From: Candidatus Latescibacterota bacterium
GTDB lineage: Bacteria > Latescibacterota > UBA2968 > UBA8231
DNA: 64,000 nt
Assembly: GCA_965215195.1 (NCBI GenBank)
Contig: CBDCDC010000001.1
Coordinates: 544,001 to 608,000 of the forward strand
Direction: 5' to 3'
A program made the translations under genes and the position numbers. Below, one piece after another: positions 8,999 to 17,677 of this stretch (position 1 is the first letter of the stretch; each line of letters opens with the position of its first letter). A model generated the notes under the pieces. That model saw only the letters and a program-made list of their open reading frames with translations. It had not been told where the DNA came from and made no database searches.

Positions 8999-10678
8999 TT
9001 GAAACACTACGAACAACGCGACGAGCCAGAGAAGCAGGTCGCCGAGCCCTTGCGCTTGGTCGATCAGCTGCTTGCGCTAGCTCCAGACCGCGACCCGACC
9101 CGGCCCCTGCTGTACCGCCTCCGGCGCCAGCTCATGGAGCGGGAGATTTCCTTTCAGGAGGCGCACCGGGCCCTCGTGGAGATGGAAGCCGCCCTAGAAA
9201 AGGTGACGGCCCCGGCCAACCGCGTCGGCATCTTCCTCGGCATGCCGAGCGAGGGAATTGCCACGGTCTTCGTCGGCAGTGCCGAATACTACGCCAACAT
9301 CGACCCGCGCGTCGATGTGTCCCAGCTCAAGGTCGGCTGCCGGGTGCTGGTAAACGAAGCCTACGCGGTCGTCGGTAACTTGGGGCACAGCCCCTCCGGG
9401 CCGGTGGCCAAGGTCGGCGATCTGCTCGGGGGGGGCCGGTTGCGGATCGCCCAAGCGCACGGTACCCAAGAGGTGGTCGTGGAGCGCGCCGCGGAATTGG
9501 CCGACGCGGATTTGCAAATCGGCGACGAGGTGCGCATGGACCCAGCCTACAAGGTCGCCCTAGAAGTGTTGCAGTCGGCCGAGAGCAAGGAATACTTCAT
9601 TGAGGACGTTCCCCCCACCCCTTGGGAGAGCATCGGCGGCCAAGCCGAAGCGATAGAAGCCATCCGCGACACCATTGAACTGCCCGCATTGCACCCCCAG
9701 CTCTTCGAGCGCTTCGAGTACTCAACGCCCAAGGGCTTCCTGCTCTACGGCCCCCCGGGCTGCGGCAAGACCCTCATCGGTAAGGCCACGGCATACAACT
9801 TGGTGCAGCACATGCGCGAGGTTGAGGGCTTGGAGTTAGAGGAGTATTTCATGCACATCAAGGGGCCGGAGATCCTCAACATGTGGCTCGGCGAGACCGA
9901 GCGCATGGTGCGCGAGGTCTTTGCCCAAGCGCGGCAAAAGCGCAAGGAAGGCTACTTGCCCTTTGTCTTTATCGACGAAGCTGAGTCGATCTTGGGCACT
10001 CGGCGCTCCATGCGCAGCCACAACATCTCCAACACGGTTGTGCCGATGTTTTGCACTGAGATGGACGGCATTGAGTCCCTGCACGACGTGGTGCTGATTT
10101 TGGCCTCTAACCGCCACGATCTAATCGACCCGGCCGTGCTCCGGCCCGGCCGCATCGACCGCAAGATCAAGGTCGCGCGCCCCAACTACGAAGCAGCCGG
10201 CGACATTTTGCGGATTTACCTCAAGCCCGAGCTGCCGCTCGACCGCGCCGAGGTGGAGCAGCACGGCGGCGAGGCGGCGGCGCGCGAGGTCCTGATACAG
10301 GAGGGCCTCAACGAGTTGTTTTCCAAAGGCGAAGAGGCCCGCTTCTTGGAGGTGTCGCTGCGCAGCGGCCGCCAAGAAGTGCTCTATCGCGGCAACCTGA
10401 TTTCCGGGGCCATCATCGCCTCGGTCGTTTCGCGGGCCAAGGAAATGGCAATCAAGCGCGCCATTGCCGAGGGCGACCCGGAAGGCGGGATCCGCGGCGC
10501 GGATCTGCGGCAGGCCACGCGGGCCGAATACCGCGAAAACGAAGTGTTCCCACCCTCGGACAGCGTCGAAGACTGGCTCAAGCTGCTCGACTACGAGCCC
10601 GAGAACGTGGTGCGGGTGACGCCGGTTAGACCCCAGCCGGAAAAGACACCGGAAAAGCGCGTCGGCCAAGTAATCTGA
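8999..10678 (+). CDS. arc: Proteasome-associated AAA ATPase ARC/Mpa
   Basis: Coiled coil plus OB domains, GPPGCGKT, FIDEAE, DPAVLRPGRIDRK; first gene of the proteasome cluster. Confidence 0.92.
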   Translation: MKHYEQRDEPEKQVAEPLRLVDQLLALAPDRDPTRPLLYRLRRQLMEREISFQEAHRALVEMEAALEKVTAPANRVGIFLGMPSEGIATVFVGSAEYYANIDPRVDVSQLKVGCRVLVNEAYAVVGNLGHSPSGPVAKVGDLLGGGRLRIAQAHGTQEVVVERAAELADADLQIGDEVRMDPAYKVALEVLQSAESKEYFIEDVPPTPWESIGGQAEAIEAIRDTIELPALHPQLFERFEYSTPKGFLLYGPPGCGKTLIGKATAYNLVQHMREVEGLELEEYFMHIKGPEILNMWLGETERMVREVFAQARQKRKEGYLPFVFIDEAESILGTRRSMRSHNISNTVVPMFCTEMDGIESLHDVVLILASNRHDLIDPAVLRPGRIDRKIKVARPNYEAAGDILRIYLKPELPLDRAEVEQHGGEAAAREVLIQEGLNELFSKGEEARFLEVSLRSGRQEVLYRGNLISGAIIASVVSRAKEMAIKRAIAEGDPEGGIRGADLRQATRAEYRENEVFPPSDSVEDWLKLLDYEPENVVRVTPVRPQPEKTPEKRVGQVI

Positions 10679-10686
10679 CTCAGCTC

Positions 10687-12231
10687 ATGCAGCGGCTCTG
10701 CGGGGTAGAAACCGAGTACGGCATCCAAGTTGATGAAAGCGAGTCCATGGACGTGGTAGTAGAGTCCATGGAGCTGATCCGCTGCTATGTGCGCCAAGAT
10801 TTTGTCGCTCTCTGGGATTACGCGCTCGAAAACCCCCGGCTCGACATGCGCGGCTTTGAGGTGGCCGCGCTCCGCAACGACAAGGACGAGACCGTCCACT
10901 TGCAAAAGGATCGCCAGCGCCCGATCCAGCTAGCAGACCTCAAGAGCGACCTGATCGTCCACAACGGGGCCCGCCTGTACAACGACCACACCCACCCGGA
11001 ATTTTCCACCCCAGAATGCTATGGCCTCCGCGACTTGGTAGCCGCCGATCGCGCCGGGGAGCGGATCCTCCTCCAGTGTGCGCGTCGGCGCACCGAGGCT
11101 CGCGGCTGCGGCGTGGTGCGTTTGTACAAAAACAACACCGACTTCGAGGGGCACAGCTACGGCTGCCACGAGAATTTTCTGCTCAGCCGCGACATCCCCT
11201 TCGAGCAGGTGATCGACGGGCTGCTGCCCTTTGTGGTGACGCGGCAAATTTTTGCCGGGGCCGGCAAGGTCGGCGTCGAACAGGACGCCCGGGCGCGGGC
11301 CGCCACCTACCAGCTAACCCAGCGTGCGGACTTTTTCGAGGTCATCGCCAGCGTCGATACCATGCACCGCCGTCCGCTGGTCAACACCCGCGACGAACCG
11401 CACGCCGATCCAGCGCACTACCGCCGCCTGCACCTGATCATCGGCGACGCCAACATGTGCGAATACGCGACCGCGCTCAAGGTCGGCACGGCTTCCTTGG
11501 TATTGGACCTGCTAGAGGCCGGCGCATTGCCGGCGTTTGCATTGGCCGATCCCATTGGCGCACTCAAGGCCATTTCCCGCGACGAGTCCCAGCAGTGGCC
11601 GGTGGCCTTGTCTGGAGGAGGGACAAGTTCGGCGCTGGAGATCCAAGCGGCCCTTATGGCGGCGGCGACGCGGGTTTTTCAGGGCCGCGACGAGGAGACA
11701 GATTGGATCCTCGCGGCTTGGCGCGACGTGTTGGACGCACTCGTGCGCGACCCGCAAGAGCTGATTGGACGCCTCGATTGGGTGACCAAGAAGTGGCTTT
11801 TGGATGCGTTTGCCGAGTCCGAGGGTCTCGATTGGGAACGGCCAGACGACCGCGCTTGGCTGCAAAGCCAAGACCTCGAATACCACAACATCGACCCGGC
11901 TGAGGGCCTATACGCGACGCTCGAAGCGGCCGGCCAAGTAGAGCGCGTCGTCTCCGCGGAGGCGGTGTGTCGGGCGGTGGTCGATCCGCCCGGGGACACG
12001 CGGGCCTATTTCCGCGGCAAGATGTTGCAGAAATTTGCCTCCGCCGTGCGCTCGCTCAACTGGGACAGCATTGAGCTGGAACTCAATGGCCGCTCCGAGG
12101 TCATCGACCTCAAGGCTTGTGTTGGCAGGGAGACAGCGGCTTATTATAACCAAGCCTTAGACGCGGCTTTGAGCGTCGAGGATTTGCTCGCCAGATTGGG
12201 TCAAAACCCGAAACCGGAGGTGTCACCATGA
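10687..12231 (+). CDS. dop: Pup/UBact deamidase-depupylase Dop (PafA2 family)
   Basis: GVETEYG, NGARLYNDHTHPEFSTPEC, KNNTD, GCHEN, NTRDEPHAD, RLHLIIGDAN. Confidence 0.9.
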   Translation: MQRLCGVETEYGIQVDESESMDVVVESMELIRCYVRQDFVALWDYALENPRLDMRGFEVAALRNDKDETVHLQKDRQRPIQLADLKSDLIVHNGARLYNDHTHPEFSTPECYGLRDLVAADRAGERILLQCARRRTEARGCGVVRLYKNNTDFEGHSYGCHENFLLSRDIPFEQVIDGLLPFVVTRQIFAGAGKVGVEQDARARAATYQLTQRADFFEVIASVDTMHRRPLVNTRDEPHADPAHYRRLHLIIGDANMCEYATALKVGTASLVLDLLEAGALPAFALADPIGALKAISRDESQQWPVALSGGGTSSALEIQAALMAAATRVFQGRDEETDWILAAWRDVLDALVRDPQELIGRLDWVTKKWLLDAFAESEGLDWERPDDRAWLQSQDLEYHNIDPAEGLYATLEAAGQVERVVSAEAVCRAVVDPPGDTRAYFRGKMLQKFASAVRSLNWDSIELELNGRSEVIDLKACVGRETAAYYNQALDAALSVEDLLARLGQNPKPEVSP

Positions 12232-12416
12232 GCGATTTTATCTACTACCGGGAGCGTGCGCCCCGGCCGACCAAGCCGCTTGACGACGACGATGGGCCAG
12301 ATACCGGCCCGCGCCGGCCAAAGGTCGAGCGCCCTAGCACGGACGACATCCTCAAGCGGATGCGCCGCGTAGATCCGAATCAGGCGCGTCGCTACCGCCA
12401 GCGCACCGGACAGTAG
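12228..12416 (+). CDS. ubact: Ubiquitin-like modifier UBact (Pup analogue)
   Basis: 62 aa, predicted disordered, ending LKRMRRVDPNQARRYRQRTGQ; located between dop and prcB. Confidence 0.92.
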   Translation: MSDFIYYRERAPRPTKPLDDDDGPDTGPRRPKVERPSTDDILKRMRRVDPNQARRYRQRTGQ

Positions 12417-12421
12417 CCGCT

Positions 12422-13180
12422 GTGGAAAGCTGCGACTTCCTCAACTTGCTCAAGGAGCAGGGGCTTTTGCCCGCCGCCCCGACCGTTGCTCCAGAAGCGT
12501 CTTTGCAGCCGGTTGAGGGCACCACGATTGTAGCAGTGCGCTGCGCCGACGGGGTGGTGGTAGCCGGCGACCGCCGCGCCACCATGGGCAACTTGGTGGT
12601 GTACGACCGCGCCGACAAAGTGCTGATCATTGACGACGAAGCGGTCATGGCCATTGCCGGCTCGCCGGCCGTGGCGTGGGACATTGCGCGCATGCTGGAA
12701 ATGTCGGTGCAGTACTATCGCCGCAGCCAGCTCCAAGGGCTGAGTCTCGATGGCAAGGTGCGGACTTTGTCGCGGCTGTTGCGCCAGAACTTGCCGCTGG
12801 CCATGCAGGGGATTGGCGCGGTGGTGCCGATCTTTGCGGCCTTTGACCACGAAGCCGCGGAGGGCAAAATTTTCTTTTACGACCTCTTGGGGGCCGAGTT
12901 CGAGTGCGTGGATTTCTGCGCCACCGGGTCGGGCGCACACATTGTGCGCGGTGCCCTGTACTACCAAAACCGCTGGGGGCCGCAGCCGCTGCGGGAAATG
13001 GCCGGGGACCAAGCTGTCGAGCTGGTGCTCAAGATGCTGGAGACAGCCGCTGAATACGACACGGCTACTGGCGGCTTCCGCGAGGCCGCGCACGTCTTCC
13101 CCCAGGTCGTGCAGGTGACGGCCGCGGGCTTGAGCACCGTGCCCGAAGCGGACTTGGCCGCGCTCTACCAAAGGGCTTGA
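12422..13180 (+). CDS. prcB: 20S proteasome beta subunit
   Basis: Propeptide followed by G|TTIVAVR, AGDRRAT, ATGSG. Confidence 0.9.
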   Translation: MESCDFLNLLKEQGLLPAAPTVAPEASLQPVEGTTIVAVRCADGVVVAGDRRATMGNLVVYDRADKVLIIDDEAVMAIAGSPAVAWDIARMLEMSVQYYRRSQLQGLSLDGKVRTLSRLLRQNLPLAMQGIGAVVPIFAAFDHEAAEGKIFFYDLLGAEFECVDFCATGSGAHIVRGALYYQNRWGPQPLREMAGDQAVELVLKMLETAAEYDTATGGFREAAHVFPQVVQVTAAGLSTVPEADLAALYQRA

Positions 13181-13944
13181 GGCGCATGTTAGAGGAACCT
13201 TATCGCTGGGTCGAAGCCATCAACAACCGCCGCGAGTACGTGGAAGACCAGCTCGCGAGCGGCAGTCCGGTGGTGGGTACGACGTACGCCGACGGGGTGC
13301 TGCTGCTGACGGCTACCCCAGGCCCGCGCAAGCTCTTCGAGGTGTACGACGAGATCGCCTTTGCGGCCGTGGGGCACCCGGCCGACATCGAGAAGCTGCG
13401 CAAAGCCGTCATCGACATTGCCCATGTCGATGGATTCAACCTGTCGGCCAACGACGTGACCTTACAGCGGTTGGTCAGCTTTGGCATTGGCCCGCTGATG
13501 AAGGCGGCTTTCGACGAGATCTTTCGCTCGCCCTTTATCGCCCGCGTGATGATGGCCGAGCTAGACCCGGATGGCGGCGACGCCTTTTTCACCATTGACG
13601 CCGATGGGTCCTTTGCCCAGAGCGGCGGAGCGGCGGCCATCAGCGGTAGCGCAGAGAGCGCACAAGCCATGGCGGCACAACTGCAAGCGGCCAACCCGGA
13701 CCTGCCCCTCGATCAAGCCTTGGGCGCGGCCTTGGAGGTGTGGGGATTGGGCCGGTTGACCCTCGACGCCCGCGATGGAGAGGTGCCCAGCACCGAGGCC
13801 GTGCGCGATTTTCTAAAGGGCGGTTTGCAAGGGCTGACCATTGAGGCTGCAGTACTCGACCGCGACCGCGTCGCCAAGTCGAAGTTCCGCCTGCTCACCG
13901 CGGAACAGCTAGCCGAACCACTCGCTTCCTACTTCGAGGTCTAG
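13177..13944 (+). CDS. prcA: 20S proteasome alpha subunit
   Basis: EEPYRWVEA...GSPVVG, KLFEVYDEIAFAAVG; follows prcB (start may be ATG 13186). Confidence 0.88.
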   Translation: MRRMLEEPYRWVEAINNRREYVEDQLASGSPVVGTTYADGVLLLTATPGPRKLFEVYDEIAFAAVGHPADIEKLRKAVIDIAHVDGFNLSANDVTLQRLVSFGIGPLMKAAFDEIFRSPFIARVMMAELDPDGGDAFFTIDADGSFAQSGGAAAISGSAESAQAMAAQLQAANPDLPLDQALGAALEVWGLGRLTLDARDGEVPSTEAVRDFLKGGLQGLTIEAAVLDRDRVAKSKFRLLTAEQLAEPLASYFEV

Positions 13945-13945
13945 G

Positions 13946-15373
13946 ATGGAAGGTCGCATATTCGGGATAGAAACCGAGTACGGCTGTCTGCCGCCGGCTT
14001 CAGATCCCTTTTTGAGTCCCGATTTCGTGTCGATAAAGGCCAAGGACTGCGTGTTCTATCGCGATGGCTTGGGCATTGTCGATATGCACTATCGGGGCCG
14101 CGACGAGCCGCCCGGCAACGGGGGCTTTCTCTTCAACGGCGGGCGCGTGTACATCGACATGGGCCACGTCGAGTACGCCACCCCGGAATGCACCAAGATT
14201 TTTGATTTGGTCGCGGCCGACCGGGCCGGCGAGCGGTTGGTGCAGCGCGCACTAGACCAGCTTGGCTTGGCCGATAGCGCGGCCTTCTTTAAAAACAATA
14301 TCGACCACTACACCGGGGCTACTTTTGGCTGCCACGAAAATTACCTCGTGCGGCGGGAGGTGCCGTTTTCGCAAGTGCTGCTGCCGACCATGCTGCCCTT
14401 TTTCGTCACTCGCCAGATATTCGCCGGTGCCGGCCGCGTTGGTTGCCACACGGATATTTTCGATTACAACAGTGCCGAGGACGAAAGCGTTGAATTCCAA
14501 CTCTCGCAGCGGGCCGATCACATCGTCACCGAGATTTACCAGTGGATCCAGTTCAGTCGTGCGATCATCAACACCCGCGACGAGCCGCTGGCCGATTGGG
14601 GGCTGTACCGCCGCTTGCACCTGCTGGTGGGCGACTCGAATATGATGGAATACGCCACGGCCCTGAAGGTGGGTACCACGGCCTTGGTGTTGCAACTTTT
14701 GGAAGAGCAGGAGCGCGTGCTCTGCGACGATATCAGGCTCCTCGATCCGGTGCAGGCCATCCGCGACATTTCGCGCGATATGACCTATCGCTGGGAAGTG
14801 CAGCTAGAGGAAGGCCGCTACACCACTGCGACGGAGATCCAGCGCACATATCTCAACTTGGCCGAGCGCTATCTGCGCGGCCGGGACGAAGAGGGCGACT
14901 GGGTGTTGGACGAGTGGCGCTTTGTTATCGACGCCTTAGAACACGACCCCGGATGCTTGGTCGATCGCGTCGATTGGGTAGCCAAGAAGTGGCTGTTGGA
15001 GTACTTCATGCGGGAAGAGGGGTTGGACTGGCAGGATACTTGGATCCAAAGTTTGGATTTGGAATACCACAATCTCAACGCGGCGCGGAGCCTCTATTTC
15101 GATCTGTACGAGCGCGGGATGGTCAAGCGCGTCGTCAGCGACGAACGAATCAACCAAGCCATCACGCATCCCCCGACCAATACCCGCGCTTGTGCCCGCT
15201 CCCGAGTGATGAGGGCACTGACCGACCAGAAGACGCGCTACCAAATTGATTGGGACTCCATTTGCGTGGGCGACAATAAGTTCCTCAGCCTCGACGACCC
15301 CTTTCTCACCTATGGCCGTGAAGCCGAAGTCTTCATTCGCGAATGCCGGCAGACGCCGGTCGATAAGTTTTGA
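13946..15373 (+). CDS. pafA: Pup/UBact-protein ligase PafA
   Basis: GIETEYG, NGGRVYIDMGHVEYATPEC, GCHENY, NTRDEPLAD, RLHLLVGDSN. Confidence 0.9.
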   Translation: MEGRIFGIETEYGCLPPASDPFLSPDFVSIKAKDCVFYRDGLGIVDMHYRGRDEPPGNGGFLFNGGRVYIDMGHVEYATPECTKIFDLVAADRAGERLVQRALDQLGLADSAAFFKNNIDHYTGATFGCHENYLVRREVPFSQVLLPTMLPFFVTRQIFAGAGRVGCHTDIFDYNSAEDESVEFQLSQRADHIVTEIYQWIQFSRAIINTRDEPLADWGLYRRLHLLVGDSNMMEYATALKVGTTALVLQLLEEQERVLCDDIRLLDPVQAIRDISRDMTYRWEVQLEEGRYTTATEIQRTYLNLAERYLRGRDEEGDWVLDEWRFVIDALEHDPGCLVDRVDWVAKKWLLEYFMREEGLDWQDTWIQSLDLEYHNLNAARSLYFDLYERGMVKRVVSDERINQAITHPPTNTRACARSRVMRALTDQKTRYQIDWDSICVGDNKFLSLDDPFLTYGREAEVFIRECRQTPVDKF

Positions 15374-15379
15374 TGTATG

Positions 15380-15852
15380 CTGCCATACTTGAAAAGCTAG
15401 CGGCGCGATTGCTGACCCTGTCAAGTGGCAACGCGCCCTCCGCCGAGATCGCACCTTGCCGGAGCGCGAAGAGTAGTGCTCATTGACAGCAACATTCTCA
15501 TCTATGCGTCCCACCTACACATGCTCACCTGAGACAGTTGATTGTTGAGTGAGTGCCGGCCGTTTCGGCCATCAGTTACGTAGAAGTCCTCGGGTATCAC
15601 CAACTTGATGACGCGGAGCGGCAATACTTGGAGGCATTTTTTTGCTTAGCGCAGGTTCTGCCTCTTTCACAAGACGTCCTCGATCGAGCAGTAGCCCTCC
15701 GACAGCAGCTCGGTGATGCCCTCGTAGCCGGGACTGCGCTAATGCGCGAACTGACGTTGGTAACTCGCAATGTGGAGGATTTTCAGTGGATTCAGGAACT
15801 GTCATTATTGAACCCTTTTGCATCCGAGGCTCTAAAAAAATACACAAATTAA
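15380..15852 (+). pseudogene. Decayed VapBC-type locus: antitoxin C-terminal remnant plus frameshifted PIN toxin
   Basis: IADPVKWQRALRRDRTLPERE* overlaps GTG 15476 LIDSNILIYA; a frameshift and an in-frame TGA precede VSAISYVEVLGY...GDALVAGTAL...LVTRNVEDF. Confidence 0.75.
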
Positions 15853-15898
15853 TAACTGAAGAATATAAAAACTATAACATTATGAGTGCTCTTTACCT

Positions 15899-16954
15899 AT
15901 GAACCTACTCATCCAAGGGGACAATATAAAGGGCTTGAACTACCTCTTGCGAGAGAGAAATCTGCAAGCAAAAATAGACCTAGTGTACATTGACCCCCCC
16001 TTTGCTACGGGTAGTAGTTTTACCATTACAGAAGATCGCGCTGCGACAGTCAGCAACTCGCGCCGCGGTGCCGTGGCGTATTTCGATCGCTTGACAGGTT
16101 TCGAGTTGATCGAGTTTTTGCGGAAGAGGCTGGTATTGTTAAAAGAGCTTCTATCCGCTAGCGGCTCGATTTATCTGCACATTGACTGCAAAATAGGTCA
16201 CTATGTCAAAGTGATGATGGACGAAGTATTTGGCATTGAAAATTTCAGGAACGACATAACTAGAGTAAAATGCAATCCTAAGAACTTTAAGCGGCTTGGC
16301 TATGGCAATGTGAAAGACACGATTCTTTTTTATAGCAAAACATCGCGTCCTATATGGAATGAACCAAAGGAAGAGTACTCGGCAAAAGACCTAGAGAGGC
16401 TCTTTCCAAAAACGGACAAACGAGGAAGGCGCTATACTACGGTGCCGATTCACGCGCCGGGAGAGACTGAACGCGGAAAATCCAATCAGCCGTTTAGAGG
16501 CATGATGCCGCCCAAGGGCCGACATTGGCGAACCGACGTCGAGACGCTGGAACGGTGGGATAGAGACGGCCTGATAGAATGGTCGGCAACGGGCAACCCG
16601 AGAAAAGTAGTATTTGCAGACGAGAGAGAGGGTAAGAGGGTACAAGACATTTGGCAATATAAAGACCCTCAATATCCAGTGTATCCAACGGAGAAAAACG
16701 CTGAATTATTGGACTTGATTATTCGCACTTCTTCCAATCCGCGAAGCCTTGTTTTGGATTGTTTCTGCGGCTCGGGGACGACGCTAAAAGCCGCCCATCA
16801 ACTCAATAGAAACTGGATCGGCATTGACCAATCAGAACACGCCATTAGAGCAACGGTCAAAAAACTTGGAGCCATCGAAGGCGACTTTTTTGCTGGCAAC
16901 CCTGAATACGAGTTTCTGCAACTGACGTCGAAAAATCCCATCAGTAGCCCGTGA
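15899..16954 (+). CDS. Orphan amino-DNA methyltransferase (beta class, Mod-like)
   Basis: IDLVYIDPPF (motif IV) before LDCFCGSGTT (motif I); YPTEK; low GC. Confidence 0.9.
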   Translation: MNLLIQGDNIKGLNYLLRERNLQAKIDLVYIDPPFATGSSFTITEDRAATVSNSRRGAVAYFDRLTGFELIEFLRKRLVLLKELLSASGSIYLHIDCKIGHYVKVMMDEVFGIENFRNDITRVKCNPKNFKRLGYGNVKDTILFYSKTSRPIWNEPKEEYSAKDLERLFPKTDKRGRRYTTVPIHAPGETERGKSNQPFRGMMPPKGRHWRTDVETLERWDRDGLIEWSATGNPRKVVFADEREGKRVQDIWQYKDPQYPVYPTEKNAELLDLIIRTSSNPRSLVLDCFCGSGTTLKAAHQLNRNWIGIDQSEHAIRATVKKLGAIEGDFFAGNPEYEFLQLTSKNPISSP

Positions 16955-17205
16955 ACCGCAGGCATGAACGGACGCTCCGGGCGGTTTTCGCCGATCCGGT
17001 GAACGGCAATATTGAGTGGCGCCGGATCGAGGCCCTGTTTCTCGCGCTCGGCGCGACTCGCACGGAGCGGGCCGGCGCAGCGGTCAGCTTCGCGCTGAAC
17101 GATCAAGTGGCGCAATTCCACCGCCCGCACCCAAGCAAAGCGGCACTGCGCTATCGCGTCAAGGATGCTCGCCGTTTTTTGCAACAAGCAGGAGTCGTAC
17201 CATGA
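16951..17205 (+). CDS. hicA: HicA-family toxin
   Basis: RHERTLRAVFADPV...WRRIEALF...FHRPHP. Confidence 0.88.
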   Translation: MNRRHERTLRAVFADPVNGNIEWRRIEALFLALGATRTERAGAAVSFALNDQVAQFHRPHPSKAALRYRVKDARRFLQQAGVVP

Positions 17206-17537
17206 ACAAGATGCAGTATCGGGGCTACACCGCCCGTATCGAGTTCGACGAGGTCGATCGCATTTTTGTCGGCCATCTGGCCGGCATTAAGGACATCGTC
17301 GGCTTCCACGGGACGACGGTCGATGAGGTCGAGCGCGCCTTTCGCGAGTCCGTCGATCACTACATTGCCATCGGCGAGGCACAAGGTCGGCCCGCGCAAA
17401 AACCGTATTCCGGCCGGCTCATGCTGCGCGTTTCGCCGGAGGTCCACGCCGCCGTCGCCACAGCCGCTGGCGCACGGGGCCAGAGCATCAACCAGTGGGC
17501 TTCCGAAGTGCTGGACAAGGCGGCGTCGCAGCGTTGA
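17202..17537 (+). CDS. hicB: HicB-family antitoxin
   Basis: MQYRGYTARIEFD...GFHG...KPYSGRLMLRVSPEVH...SINQW; ATGA coupling to hicA. Confidence 0.9.
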   Translation: MNKMQYRGYTARIEFDEVDRIFVGHLAGIKDIVGFHGTTVDEVERAFRESVDHYIAIGEAQGRPAQKPYSGRLMLRVSPEVHAAVATAAGARGQSINQWASEVLDKAASQR

Positions 17538-17677
17538 CAGCCCCTTTTCCTCACGTATGGCGTCGTCTGGGCCGACGCTATGCCAAGCACAGGGCACCAA
17601 GCGACACACGCAGATTGAACAGCGGACGCACTTGGTAAAACCGGTTCCCATTTGATCTGGCGATTTGAACATCCCTC

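Noticed and set aside
8178-9005. A true CRISPR array
   Set aside because: Only one full and one half repeat, about 770 bp apart, and no cas genes; kept only as a repeat-like finding
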